The notes under the pieces were generated by a model. That model saw only the letters and a list, made by a program, of their open reading frames with translations. It was not told the origin of the DNA and did not search any database. 64,000 nucleotides of DNA from Octopus bimaculoides (taxonomy: Eukaryota), in NCBI RefSeq assembly GCF_001194135.2, contig NC_068987.1, positions 12,889,234 to 12,953,233 of the forward strand. The letters are read 5' to 3'. This document shows, in pieces, positions 1-13,059 of this stretch. Every line of letters starts with the position of its first letter. The stretch's first letter is position 1. The translations under genes were made by a program, and so were the position numbers.

Positions 1-8
1 ATATATGA

Positions 9-324
9 GCACTCCGTCGGTTACGACGACGAGGGTCCCAGGATCAACGGAACAGCTTGCTCGTGAAATTAATGTACAAGTGGCTGAGCACTCCACAGAC
101 TCGTGTACCTTTAACGTAGTTTCGAGGGAGATTCAACGTGACGCAGAGTATGACAAGGCTGGTCCCTTTGAAATACAGGCACTACTCATTTTTGCCAGCT
201 GAGTGAACTGGAGCAGCGTGAAATAAAGTATTTTACTCAAGGACACAACGCGTCCCCGGGAATCGAACTCACCGCGTTACGATCGTAAGCTGAGTGCTCT
301 AACCACTAAGCTACGCGCCTTCAC
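9..324 (-). mobile_element. tRNA-derived SINE, body C plus tail X
   Basis: The reverse complement starts with a tRNA-like head (gtgaaggcgcgtagcttagtggttagagc...gagttcgattcc), then ttgtgtccttgag...ccagttcactcagctggcaaaaatgagt, then the tail ...gagtgctcagccacttg...cgtcgtaaccgacggagtgc shared with 46019-46341, 56982-57286 and 58797-59182. Confidence 0.85.
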
Positions 325-504
325 CATGTATATATATATATATTTTTCACTCCAGCCGCTGTGAAGGCAAGACGAACTACTAGCGTTCTACATCAGATTT
401 GCGTTTGGCCGTACGGATTTTTTATGTTGTTTTCACTGTCCAATTTTTCCTGTCTTAGTTTACGTTTGCCACCTAGGAATCCTCTGTTTAGTTGGTTGAT
501 CCAC

Positions 505-681
505 TACTCAGGAAGAGACTATTCTAGAGTACGTCCTGCCTTAACTTCGAAACGTAAAGTTAGAATAGAGGCAGCTGATGAATAATTCCAAGTGGCTTTC
601 TGTTTTCCTTTGTGTTCGTTCCGTTGTCTGTAGTTCATTGTTCTAACCTCCCGTACCCTGATATGCATCTATATACACATG
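505..681 (+). mobile_element. Short repeat family E (possibly Penelope-like terminal-repeat derivative) ending at a TA-rich tract
   Basis: Shares cagctgatgaa...ttcgttccgttgtctgtagtt...gtaccctgatatgcat with 15552-15720, and more loosely with 24800-24960 and 26085-26255. Confidence 0.55.
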
Positions 682-2021
682 NNNNNNNNNNNNNNNNNNN
701 NNNTATTATAGGTATGTATTCACCTATACATTTACGAACATACATGCGTATGCAGGTGTATATATATTCGTGTATTCGTCTGCGTATTTTTTAGTTTATA
801 ATTTTATTCGTTTTATTTTTATCATTGTGTCCTAAAATAGACTCAATTTTTTTAAAATATGATATGATTCTTTTTCTCCTCATTCTTTTTTCTCCGTATC
901 TATATATGTATATCCTATATATACTCCTCTAACGCATTGAGTTGCTCCGGCTTAAAATCGTTTCAGGTGAAAACATTTGAAGCGTGTGGGTCGCGGAGAG
1001 AAAACAACACGATAGCAGTTGCTGATATATATATTTTTTTATTATTATTCTTTACTGTTACTTTCGTAAATCCAAGATTATTCTGCTTGATTAATCATTA
1101 AGAAATATATCATATGTAATAGCTGTCTACTTAAAACGATAAAACAAAGAGATTAACGTTAAAAAAAATGTCTTTAGATTCTTAGACATATAGAAGCGAT
1201 GTAATCGTATAAACGAACTCGTTAAGTCAGTTTTTATGCTGCTTTCTAGGAGAGATTGAAAAAGTTGCTTTCAGCTATCATCTACACCTATTTTAAGTGA
1301 ACAAAAATATATTCGGAGATATACCCTGACGAAGAAAAAACACGTAATAATGTGGAGCTATTTTAATCAACGTAGTCTTTGGGATTCTTGAAACAAAACG
1401 AAACCTTCTTTTACCCCCTAACATATGGGTTTCATTAACAAAATATATGAAACTGTATGATAGACGAAATATGTAAAAGTATTTTTGTTCGTTTGTTTAG
1501 GGTTTTTTGTGGGTGATGGGGATGTTGGATTTTTAACATGAAATACCAGAAATTCAGAAATTCCATGCTATATTCGTATCTTCATTTCATTGTAATCGCA
1601 TATATATTATGAGTATATATATATATATGATACAGATATGTATATNNNNNNNNNNNNNNNNNNNNNNNNNNNNNNNNNNNNNNNNNNNNNNNNNNNNNNN
1701 NNNNNNNNNNNNNNNNNNNNNNNNNNNNNNNNNNNNNNNNNNNNNNNNNNNNNNNNNNNNNNNNNNNNNNNNNNNNNNNNNNNNNNNNNNNNNNNNNNNN
1801 NNNNNNNNNNNNNNNNNNNNNNNNNNNNNNNNNNNNNNNNNNNNNNNNNNNNNNNNNNNNNNNNNNNNNNNNNNNNNNNNNNNNNNNNNNNNNNNNNNNN
1901 NNNNNNNNNNNNNNNNNNNNNNNNNNNNNNNNNNNNNNNNNNNNNNNNNNNNNNNNNNNNNNNNNNNNNNNNNNNNNNNNNNNNNNNNNNNNNNNNNNNN
2001 NNNNNNNNNNNNNNNNNNNNN

Positions 2022-2058
<37 letters not shown>

Positions 2059-3199
2059 ATATATATATATATATATATGCACGCACACATACTGAGAAAC
2101 ATACATATATCTAAGCATGTGTATGTATATATATTCAAATTTTGACACAAAGCCAGTAGCTTTAGAAGGAGGGGAGTCGTCGTACCCAACAGATACTCAG
2201 TTTGTCGATCCCGAAAGCCGACCTTTTTTAAACTCTTTTAAACTCAAAAACATTTGGAAAGTAAAGTAGCACATTGTCTTTTATGAGCGTCTGGGGTATT
2301 TTTTGTAAAATAATTTTAGCAGTACTTTGTAGCTTCTGGTTTCACTGTTCTCTACGTGCGAGAACTTGACTTTTTGAAAGACACATCGTTTGTGAGGTTA
2401 TCATTAGGGTTGCTTGTATTATAGACAATAGAACTCCTTTTCGTGTTTGTACTGAAAAGGTTTCTTTTATTTATGTAGACTGCAATTTCTAATGCTATCG
2501 TAGATCACCTTAACACCATTTTTATTAAAGATATTATGATGTCTGTGGAGAAAAGGTTATTTATAAGATTTAAGAATATCCTGGCAATACTACAACGAAT
2601 ATTTAAACTATAGAAATGAGTGCATCGTAAAAACGGGTGGTTTCAAAAATAAATTGCATTGCATACAGATCAACATTAATATTCATACGTGCAGCAATAG
2701 AATCAGAAAGATTAAAAATGTACAGCAATAACAAGTTTGCAGCAACCGTTAAAAACAGAGGCATCTGCAGTAATAAAAACAACTATTTCTACTATGAAGG
2801 ACGGCAAAGGAAAAAGTGTGTCTGTAAAACAATAACAACATTCATATAGATTCAACAATGACAACTATAACAATTACAACAGCAATAAAATCAGAAACAA
2901 CAGCAACCAGAGCAAAATCTACAATTGCCTGAGCAGCAATAAAAAACAACAATGGTATTGATAAACCAAAAGTGCATTCTTTGTAGTCGGGTGAATGATC
3001 TCATATACATGAGAACGAAAACTGTTCACTTGGCCAGGGTAACAGAGGTGAAGCATTGAAAGAAATTTACGTGGCTCCGTCTTTCAGGAATCACAAGAGA
3101 AACGCCATTTGATTCCAATCAGATTTATGTGATTTCCTGGTAACACTTTGCCGAACTATTCTTGAGGTATGATAGAACTGGAAACAGTGAATTTTGATA

Positions 3200-3715
3200 C
3201 GTATCTCAAAGGTCTACGGTGACCCTCAGTCTAAGACGTAGTATGCAGCGAAAAGTTGACTTCAACAGCTGAATTACGTGACGATCTGAGCTAGTGTACA
3301 AGAGACAAATCACTTGGAGTAGTAGTTGTCGTACTCAGTTAACTTTATTGCTAAATGACTTGTTCTGGCAGTTATCTACAGCAACAGATTGATGACAGAA
3401 GGCATTGCATTAGTGATGCTGCCAGGAAAGACAAGGACAGAGATGGCATAATATAAAATTTCAGGACCGTAATTCTGCTAAATACTCAAATAATTTGAGC
3501 GTAGATGTTCGTATAAGACTTTGGTGCTTGTCGTTGGCAGTTTAGTAGGAGACGGACAAAACTGTAAATCCTCGTAAGATTTATTCATGAGAACTTGTAC
3601 ATTTTGCAAAACATCGCAAAGAGGATCGGAGTAGCTGTGATCATCTGGAACCAATCTAAAGCCTTTGACATAAATGTCATAATCTGACTGCCTTGAACAA
3701 TCCGTCTTAGCGTGT
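3200..3715 (+). pseudogene. Degenerate L1/Tx1-type LINE reverse transcriptase fragment
   Basis: Manual translation with stops gives KDRDGII*NFRTVILLNT...RFIHENLYILQNI...IIWNQSKAFD, matching the L1/Tx1 RT motifs NFRPITLLNTDYK and LDQSKAFD. Confidence 0.7.
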
Positions 3716-4829
3716 TTTCCTTTGTAATCAGAGTCTATTTGCTTCCACTTTTGTACATTTAATGAGTTTTTCGATAAAAAAGTTTGCATGTTCTTTTTCT
3801 TCTCTTTTTTTTTCTTTTCTACATAATGAGATTAATCATACAAAATTTCGATTTGATGTTCAAAAAAGAAAAGAAAAAGACACCCGAAACAGCGACGCCT
3901 TAAGTGCAGATCGATGATATTATAAAACGGTTTCAGAATGAGTGTCCAACGTTTTGTTTCTACATCAAAGACTAAATAAGAAAAAACTGGAAAGTCTCGG
4001 AATTCTCTGTAATAAACGGAAACAACACCGGAGTGTAACTAGCCGATAATTTAGAGAAATTAGAGCAACAAAGGTCATTCCTCTAATTCTGAAAAATAAT
4101 TAATGGGGACAACTTTGTGAAGGTTTCTGAGTTGTTTTTTTTTTTGTTTTTTTTTCAGAACACTCGCATTTACTAACCGTCGGTTGTTAACTTGCCATCA
4201 TTTTGTGATACGTCTGCTTTCTCTGAAAGATTATCTTCTTACTTTACCCGAATTTCCATCCACGAATTCACACACACACACACACACACAAAGACTCACA
4301 CACACTGTTTTGCTTGAACTTAGGAGGGCAGTTACCCCTCCTCCTCGACTCCCTGCCTTCCACTACGCCCATGGTCGCAATGAATTGCTCTATTGGCAAG
4401 ACACCTTCGTATTTATAATTTGATATAATACGTTTACGTAATACGATATCTTGCCTGAAAGATTCTGACATGTATAAACATAGCAACTCTAATATTGTGA
4501 ATGTACTGATAGAATGCACTGGGAGAAAATTAATTAACATTCCAGATGCACTCTGTAAGAAGCTAACACACCAGCTTCATTAAAATATGACGTTGCTTCA
4601 CAAAATAACAAGCATATCATTTTTTTAAATTCAAAAGCATTCAACTGAAACTTACAGTAGAAGAAATTTCTAAGCGAATCGAGCTCACGACCCGTTTGCT
4701 GAATCCCGTTTCTATCCATTATATTTCAGGTATGTCGTTCATGCACTTGAAAAATAGAATGAGCGTTACACGGCGCCATTTTGCTTTTGAGATTATGTAA
4801 CATATCTAAAATTTGATTATGAGGATATA

Positions 4830-4981
4830 CTCTTTTACTCTTTTACTTGTTTCAGTCATTTTGAATGTGCTCATTCTGGTTTCTTATGCCGAACCGCTAA
4901 GTAACGGGGACATAAACACACCAGCATCGGTTGTCAAGCGATGTTGGGGGGACAAACACAGACACTCAAACATATGCACAC

Positions 4982-5044
<63 letters not shown>

Positions 5045-5203
5045 CGACGGGCTTCTTTCAGTTCCGTCTACCAAATGCACTCACAAGACTTTAGTCGGCC
5101 TGAGGCTATAGTAGAAGACACTTGCCCAAGATGCCACGCAGTGGGAATGAACCCGGAACAATGTGGTTGGTAAGCAAGCTACTTGCCACACAGCCACTCC
5201 TGC
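4830..5203 (-). mobile_element. CORE-like tRNA SINE, family B, with internal (TA)n
   Basis: The reverse complement has head aggagtggctgtgtgg...gttccgggttcattccc, CORE-like gcatcttgggcaagtgtcttctactatagcc, an internal TA microsatellite and an (aaagagt)n tail. Confidence 0.85.
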
Positions 5204-5653
5204 TAATTTTTCAGAGATTTTTTTTTTGTTACTTTGTACTGTTTCTTTTTACTTATTCCAGCCAATGGAATGTGAGGATACTGGAACACCGCCTTGAATT
5301 AATTTTTAATAATTTTTAATAATTTTTGATAATTTATTTTTGGTTTTTCAAAACTGGACTATGAAAATTAATTGTTCAAGGCTTTATTGCCAATATTATT
5401 CTGTGTATTTATTTCTTTATTACTCCTCATTTATTTCGAAGAGTCAAAGGATTGATGGTAAGAGGTTGAGAGAGAGAAACAAATATTTCTGCTTCGGTAA
5501 GATAAATCTCATGGAAATATAATTTCTTTGATATGAAAAACTGGTCTCCAAAATAATGAGGCCTTCACAGGTAAGATTCAGAATTACCTATAGGGCCATT
5601 AAGCTGCAAAATAACACTAAGATACGAAGTAATCATTGGAATATTATATTGTA

Positions 5654-6110
5654 GAGTGGTGAGTTGGCAGAATCTTACCGCACCAGGCTAAATATATAAC
5701 GTCATTTTTTTTTTTTGCCGTCTTTACGTTCTGAGTTCAAATTCCACCGAGGTTGACTTTACCTTTCATCCTTTGAGGTCGATAAAATAAGTACCAGCTG
5801 AGCACTGGGGTCGATATAAGCAACTTATCCTCTACCTCGAAATTGCTGGCCTTAAGCCAAAATTTGAAAGCAATATTATAATAATGTAGGGCAGGCAGTC
5901 AGCTGGTAGAATAGTTAGCACGCGGGACAAAATGCTTTGCAGCATTTCGTCCATCTTTACGTTCAGAGTTCAAATTCTGCCGAGATCGACTTTGCCTTTC
6001 ATCCTTTCGGGACCGATAAAATAAGCACAAGTTGAGTACTGGGGTCGATATAATCGAATTACCCCTTCCCCTGATATTGCTGGCACTGTGCCAAATTTGA
6101 AACCAGTATT
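5654..6110 (+). mobile_element. Tandem dimer of SINE family A
   Basis: Two ~220-bp units with gagytggcagaat...gttctgagttcaaatt...gaggtygacttt...catcctttc...gtcgataaaataagtacc and a tail ending aaatttgaaa. Confidence 0.85.
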
Positions 6111-6406
6111 ATGATAATGTATCGTGCTTGATGGCTCTGAGAAAAGCTTACAGTGTAATTACAATGTTTTGCAGAAAAACAAATAATTTAAGATATTATT
6201 TACAAAGAATATGTCTCTGTTTTGAGGTGAACAGCCTCTTAACACTTAAACGTTGTCATAAATTTACGCAGTAAAGTTTAGTAGATGAAGTTCTATAAAT
6301 GTCGGGATTGAATGTGTTTTCATATCAATGATGCTATTAGCAGTCGAGTATGTTTCTTATTCGACTGCTTCTTTACTACGGGAAATTTTTTCTCGACATT
6401 TAATTA

Positions 6407-6578
6407 CTATATGAATGCAAGGTCCAAACACTTATATGAAGTGCTGAGCTTAAATTCTTTCATTAGTGTCACATAGAAGGAGCGGGAATCAGGTAGTAGT
6501 CTCGATTGCCATGATCTTAACTTGAATTCCTCGGAGTTCAACGCTTTGTATGACATATTCAGCGACGTTTCAAAGATT
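6407..6578 (-). CDS. Candidate terminal exon of an unidentified spliced gene
   Basis: Acceptor tttctttgcaaaataacag followed by an open frame IFETSLNMSYKALNSEEFKLRSWQSRLLPDSRSFYVTLMKEFKLSTSYKCLDLAFI*. No homology recognised. Confidence 0.2.
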
Positions 6579-6645
6579 CTGTTATTTTGCAAAGAAACAG
6601 CGTAGGTTTCAAAATCATATTCTCTTCCTTCATTTCTTTTTAACT

Positions 6646-6646
6646 A

Positions 6647-6727
<81 letters not shown>
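6646..6727. repeat. (CT)n microsatellite
   Basis: Direct reading. Confidence 0.95.
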
Positions 6728-6729
<2 letters not shown>

Positions 6730-7831
6730 TCCCTTCTTTCTAATCCCCGCCACCATTTTCTTTATATCCCTAAAACTTCTACTTCCCAAACATCAGTATT
6801 AATTTTGCATGTTTAGTCCTTCCGCCAGGTAGAGGCTAATTTTGACATCAAAAATGTTCTATATTAGTCTGCTTGATCAACTTCGTGATTATGTAATAGA
6901 CAAATGCTGATTGATATTTTCCTTCTTTTCATCTGAACTTAATAAGCAAGTGAAGCTGCTTCAATTAGAACAGAGCTGCAGGAATCTCGCTAGATTTCCT
7001 GTTTAACATCCAAAAGCATTTTCTCATTTGAGAGAGAGATAGAGACAGACGTTTCAGCTTTAAAATAGTTGGCAACTAACCAGCGAACAATCTTTATCTT
7101 TATCGCTTACCAAACTTCTCATATTAACCGAAACATGCTGCTGTAGTGAGCAATTTTTATAGCGTCAACACATCTTACATCGCTCCACTCTTAGTTCTGT
7201 TTTCCTCAAAGGTACTACCTCGACGTTTGGCAGCTCTTTTACACCTGGTATTCTGTTCATGATTTGTTATGTATTCTTCGGCTGATTTTAAATGTAGTCT
7301 TTAGTTTTGTTAATTTTACAACAGTTGAAATGAAAAGACAGCACTTTCCAACATTTTTTTTTTTTCATCCTTTGATTTTGAAGTAAAATTAATATATACT
7401 GCATTTGATAGCATCTAAGACGCACTTTTTCCAAAGGAAATGACTAAAAAAAAAATCATGTGGGATTCCATATGCGATGTTGGGCCGCCATAAGCTAATT
7501 TTATCCCTGACTCTCATATTCTTTTTCTTTTTTTTTTTATATGCTGGTGAAATTGAGATGTGTGTCTTATATATCTCTCCATCTGTTATGCTATCAAATA
7601 CGATTCTCTTAAAAAATTAGAGACATTAAAATCATAGAAATAAAACAGTGGAAATGAGAGTAGTGAATATCTTTTTACTTTATATGATGGAAACCTGATA
7701 TCAGTTTAAGCTCAGGTCTTAGGTGTCGGCGTGTATGGACGAATATTTGTATGCGTGAGGATGCGTGTATCTTAATAGTTCTCCTATTCAAACAAATATA
7801 CCTACATACATACGATAAATGTGGATGGTAG

Positions 7832-7880
<49 letters not shown>

Positions 7881-8766
7881 NNNNNNNNNNNNNNNNNNNN
7901 NNNNNNNNNNNNNNNNNNNNNNNNNNNNNNNNNNNNNNNNNNNNNNNNNNNNNNNNNNNNNNNNNNNNNNNNNNNNNNNNNNNNNNNNNNNNNNNNNNNN
8001 NNNNNNNNNNNNNNNNNNNNNNNNNNNNNNNNNNNNNNNNNNNNNNNNNNNNNNNNNNNNNNNNNNNNNNNNNNNNNNNNNNNNNNNNNNNNNNNNNNNN
8101 NNNNNNNNNNNNNNNNNNNNNNNNNNNNNNNNNNNNNNNNNNNNNNNNNNNNNNNNNNNNNNNNNNNNNNNNNNNNNNNNNNNNNNNNNNNNNNNNNNNN
8201 NNNNNNNNNNNNNNNNNNNNNNNNNNNNNNNNNNNNNNNNNNNNNNNNNNNNNNNNNNNNNNNNNNNNNNNNNNNNNNNNNNNNNNNNNNNNNNNNNNNN
8301 NNNNNNNNNNNNNNNNNNNNNNNNNNNNNNNNNNNNNNNNNNNNNNNNNNNNNNNNNNNNNNNNNNNNNNNNNNNNNNNNNNNNNNNNNNNNNNNNNNNN
8401 NNNNNNNNNNNNNNNNNNNNNNNNNNNNNNNNNNNNNNNNNNNNNNNNNNNNNNNNNNNNNNNNNNNNNNNNNNNNNNNNNNNNNNNNNNNNNNNNNNNN
8501 NNNNNNNNNNNNNNNNNNNNNNNNNNNNNNNNNNNNNNNNNNNNNNNNNNNNNNNNNNNNNNNNNNNNNNNNNNNNNNNNNNNNNNNNNNNNNNNNNNNN
8601 NNNNNNNNNNNNNNNNNNNNNNNNNNNNNNNNNNNNNNNNNNNNNNNNNNNNNNNNNNNNNNNNNNNNNNNNNNNNNNNNNNNNNNNNNNNNNNNNNNNN
8701 NNNNNNNNNNNNNNNNNNNNNNNNNNNNNNNNNNNNNNNNNNNNNNNNNNNNNNNNNNNNNNNNNN

Positions 8767-9050
8767 CGATATCAGTGAAGAATTTCACTGGAAAAATGTA
8801 CATAAGGTTGCCAAGAATTTATATCTCTCATCGAAGGTCGGTAGCTATCGGATGCTGACGAAGGGAAATAACCCTGAAACCCGGGTCCGTTCGTGCTACG
8901 ATCACGATGAGAGGGATAACTTCCCTTGGCAAAACAAACAGGACACAGTAGTGTGTCGATAAGCCAGCTGGAGGAGATGTCCTCCTGGGGCTAAAGCAAC
9001 AGTAACATCCACCCCTAAGGGTCAGCCACACTTAAGTGACAATACACTTC

Positions 9051-9054
<4 letters not shown>
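8767..9054 (+). mobile_element. Retrozyme-like structured unit carrying a type I hammerhead ribozyme
   Basis: Long rod 8808-8932 closes the hammerhead, with further hairpins at 8773-8790, 8942-8957 and 8970-8985. The unit lies between an N-gap preceded by (TA)n and a (TA)n tract. Confidence 0.65.
8849..8893 (+). ncRNA. Type I hammerhead ribozyme
   Basis: Stem I CGGATG/CGTTCG, core CTGACGA (8855-8861), stem II AGGG-AAATAA-CCCT, GAAAC, CCGG loop, GTC cleavage triplet (cut after 8887). Confidence 0.9.
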
Positions 9055-9091
<37 letters not shown>

Positions 9092-9259
9092 ACTTGGGAT
9101 GACAATGGCATTAACAAATATGTAATGAACTCCATTAGCTTACACATGTTTCTGCTATAAGATACAATGCACTCATAGTTGAGGGCTTGAGTATCACCCT
9201 ATAGCTTCATCGGAACACCTCACATGAAGTGCAATTTATTTGGGAAAACATGGACTTAC

Positions 9260-9319
9260 TCTTCTTTCTGAAGCGTATGTATATTGACTTCTAACACCAT
9301 GTTATTAGCATCGCAATGC
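9260..9319 (-). CDS. Candidate 60-nt internal exon (phase 2-2)
   Basis: Acceptor tttcacttag, donor GA|GTAAGT, and a single open frame HCDANNMVLEVNIHTLQKE. Confidence 0.3.
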
Positions 9320-9330
9320 CTAAGTGAAAT

Positions 9331-9348
9331 ATGTGTGTGTGTGTGTGT

Positions 9349-9421
<73 letters not shown>
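9331..9421. repeat. (TG)n microsatellite
   Basis: Direct reading. Confidence 0.95.
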
Positions 9422-9424
<3 letters not shown>

Positions 9425-9768
9425 ATGTGTGTATGCGTATATGTATATATGTATGTTCACAAACACAAACATTATTTTTGCAGATGCTTGGCGCCTCAAA
9501 TGAGAGTTATACAAACTTAGAGTAAAGATAAACTGCACTGCAACGTTTTGCGTATAGTGCCAACTGAAGTGAAGCACTTACGGGATATGAGTGCGTAAGC
9601 GTGCATGTATATAAATGTGTCTACATGTACTTACGTATGCAAGCTACTACGTATATATGTGTTAAGGTGTACTTATATATTTATATATATATATTTATAT
9701 ATATATATATATATTTGTGTATTCTAGGTTTGTATGCAATCTCTTAGATTGAAACAGAAGCCCTGTAG

Positions 9769-9847
<79 letters not shown>

Positions 9848-9853
9848 ATTAGT

Positions 9854-9930
<77 letters not shown>

Positions 9931-9935
9931 GAGAG
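9769..9935. repeat. (AGAT)n followed by (GA)n microsatellites
   Basis: Direct reading. Confidence 0.95.
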
Positions 9936-10292
9936 AAGCAGATAGAATGTTGTTTTTCCTCGGGGAAATTTTCTTCGAGAATTCTGAGCCTGATTTACTG
10001 ACACAAATCATGAAGTAGAAACATCGAATGCTTTAATTAATCTCATGATAAAACCGTTTTGTTACTTAGTTGACTAACATGAATAGTTTAAAGGCCGGAA
10101 GCCGCCAGTACATTTCACATCAAAAAGATAAGGAGTATAAAATGCAATGAAAACAGCATAAATTAAAAGCACCAAATATAAATCAAACAAATAACAAGAC
10201 TATTGGTAATGTAATCGATCTTGTAGCTTGATTGCATATATAACTCGTTGTTTTCTAACAATCACATTTTCTTAATAGTCTTAGTTACTTTA

Positions 10293-10500
10293 AGGCCGTG
10301 AGCTGGCAGAATTGTTAGCACGCTGGGCAAAGAGCTCGGCGACATTTTGCCCACCATTACGTTCTGAGTTCAAGTTCTGCCGAAGTTGACTTCACCTTTT
10401 ATCCTTTCGAAGTCGACAAAATAAGTACCAGTTGAACACTGTGGCCGATGTAATCGACTGAACCCCTCCCCTGAAATTGTGCCAAAATTTGAAACCAATA
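10293..10500 (+). mobile_element. SINE family A
   Basis: Matches the family A consensus along its full length. Confidence 0.85.
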
Positions 10501-10779
10501 TTCTTGGCTACTATTGCTCTCTTCATAACTTTGTTGGTGGTGGTAGTGGTGGTGGTTGAGGTTACTGCTAGTTCTGTTGTTTTGCTCTATCTGGTTTCAG
10601 GAAGATTTCACTTAGTTCAAGCAAGTCTAACCACCACTTTGAGACCTCTCTCTCTCTATCTCTCTCTCTCTCTTTCTCTATCTCTCTCTATCTCTCTCTC
10701 TCTCGTTCTAATTATAATTCAAGCTAAAAGAGTTAAATCCCATCATTAAATGAAATAGTAATATGTCTGTCAAAAGTAA

Positions 10780-10929
10780 GTTGTTGAGCTGTCAGAATCG
10801 TTAATACACTGGGAAAAAATGCTTAGCAGCATTTCTTCCGATTCCACATTCTGAGTTCAAATACGGCTGGGGTCGTGTTTGTTATTCATTCTTTCGGGGT
10901 TGATAAAATGAGTACCAGTTGAGTATGGG
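10780..10929 (+). mobile_element. SINE family A, 3'-truncated at a Penelope-like fragment
   Basis: Head and central segment present; tail replaced by the RT fragment. Confidence 0.75.
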
Positions 10930-11735
10930 GATCTCCGAAATTGAGGAAGATGGTGCGAACCATAAGATTTCCCGCTTCCTGGCCTTAGAATGCTTAGAGT
11001 GTGCGGTTGTAGTGGGTTGACGGGAGTGGGGGCGGGCTTGTAGTTGTTATAGGCTTGGGGTGGCCAGTGGGGCGGCCGAGTGCGATGTGTAGGAGTGTTT
11101 TTTGAGAGCTGTTGGATTGGTGTAGAATGGAAGTAGTGTCCGTAGATTCAAGATTAGTATTGGGAAAGAGATGTGCTGTTTTAGTTTTAAGCTTAGTATT
11201 GGGGGTATAATAGTTTTTTTCGCGAAAACCGCTTTTTTGGAGGATCTAATTCTAATAAGGGGCGTGAGAGTTAAGAATTTCTTCGTTAGCAGATAAGTTA
11301 GAGATTCTGATAGATATGCTTGTGACTACGCTATTAAGGGTAGGCTTAGGGTGATTAGAGGGGATATTTGTATGTTGTAAAGATTGGTTAAGTTTATGGA
11401 AGGGGTGATACAGTCGAGAGTAACGTCTAAGAAATTGGCCAACTTAGTGTCAATTTCGAATGTAATATTCAGGTTATAGTTTTTAAAACTTTTGTGTAAA
11501 GCTTTCTTGGTGCGTTCCACTGACGGTCGAGATAATTTAATTGCTGAAAGGAGTGCATCATCCCTATATAGTCCACTGGAGAGGTTTGGGGAAATATTGT
11601 TTAATTTGAGAGAGAAGGAATAGGCCAACTAGGTCAGTAACCTGGACTGAGTTGGATGTGTCCATAGTTATATCGAATAAATCAAAGAAATCCGTAGATG
11701 AGTTGCGGTCCATCCATTGCAAGCTCATTGGTGAT
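10930..11735 (-). pseudogene. Penelope-like element reverse transcriptase fragment
   Basis: Frameshifted translation: WMDRN...FDITMDTSNSVQVTDLVGLFLLSQI, SGLYRDDAL, NFLDVTLD, RKREILWFAP. These match Penelope-like RT motifs (FDVTMG..ELVGL, GLYRDDGL, IIWFNPP). Confidence 0.8.
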
Positions 11736-11764
11736 CTAAATGTACAACGGCAACAATGTCGGGA

Positions 11765-11915
11765 GACGGAATAAGTCGATTACATCAACCCCAAACGCTC
11801 AACTGGTACTTATTTTATCGGCCCCGAAAGGATGAAAGGCAAAGTGGACCTCGGCCGAATTCGAACTCTGAACATATAAAGATAGTTGAAATGCTGCTAC
11901 GCATTTTGTCCAGCT
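11765..11915 (-). mobile_element. SINE family A fragment
   Basis: Reverse complement of the family A central segment. Confidence 0.8.
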
Positions 11916-13059
11916 GCTTTATATATATGGCATTATTGAGATATCCATGAATGGATGTTATATGATACGACAGTCGAAAATTAGAAAACTACAAAAGAAT
12001 GCTTCTTTCGCAAAAAAATCCATGTAATTGTGGCAAAGTTTACATAAAACTGTGATTTGTTTTGAAACAGAAAAATCATTTCTTCACACATTCCGTATCA
12101 ATCACAGCATTTTATATATATATGCGAAATATTTGGCAAATTATTCGTTAAAGAATCTCAAACATGGGTATTTGTTAGTTGATATGAATTCGCTAGCACT
12201 GAACATAGATAAATACATGTGTTTCTAAATTAAACCTGATATATGTTACGTATAAGTAAGCAAAGAAAGAAAACTGTATGTTAACCTTGTTAAATGAAAT
12301 TGTTGAACAGATATAAAGGTGAACTAATAAGGAATGTGTTTCAGAAAGCTGACAGTGATTGATTAAGCAATAAACGTAGGCCTTGACTACTTACTTAAAC
12401 GTAACATAGTTGTAGAAAAACGAAGAGAAATGTTCCATTCTAAATGTCAAATGGTTAACAATTAGAATCTAAATATGCACTTGTTCTTTTGCCCTAGGTT
12501 GCCACTGATCGTACAGGCATTCCCACTGTGACATTCCAGCAGAGTTTGCAGTGTACCCAGAGCTACTTTATCCAATATTTCCTTCTTTTCTAAGATACTA
12601 AGCTTTTCTTTGAGGAAGATTTGTCTGCTATCTCATCTGTTTCAACATATTGGATATTTTCATTTTTGCAGTCTCTTTAGCTAAAGGGTGAAAAAAAAAA
12701 CAAAGCACTTCCCGGATTATTTTATTCCAATCCTTTAGAAATTTATTTTGAACTTGTCAAGAATAGTTACCCATCTGATACTAGAATTATTTTTCCTCAA
12801 AGTCCCTCCCACCTACGCCCTGCAATATATTGAACCAGTATAACATAAGCTTTTTTTATGAAACCTAAAATAATACAATACTCTCATATATACAAAGAAT
12901 CTTGATCAGTCATGAGACACAGTTCAGTCGATTTGACCTGGATCTGACGCGTCTGCCACATGAGCCCCTATAAAAGTTTACTCCCTTAAATGCATAACTG
13001 AATGAACTAAAAAAAAAAATAACAAATTTCCCTTATCAAACTAGAAAGAGTCTCCAACA

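Noticed and set aside
5654-6110. Repeat-spacer pattern suggestive of CRISPR
   Set aside because: Units are ~220-bp SINE copies in a eukaryotic context, with no short repeats, unique spacers or cas genes.
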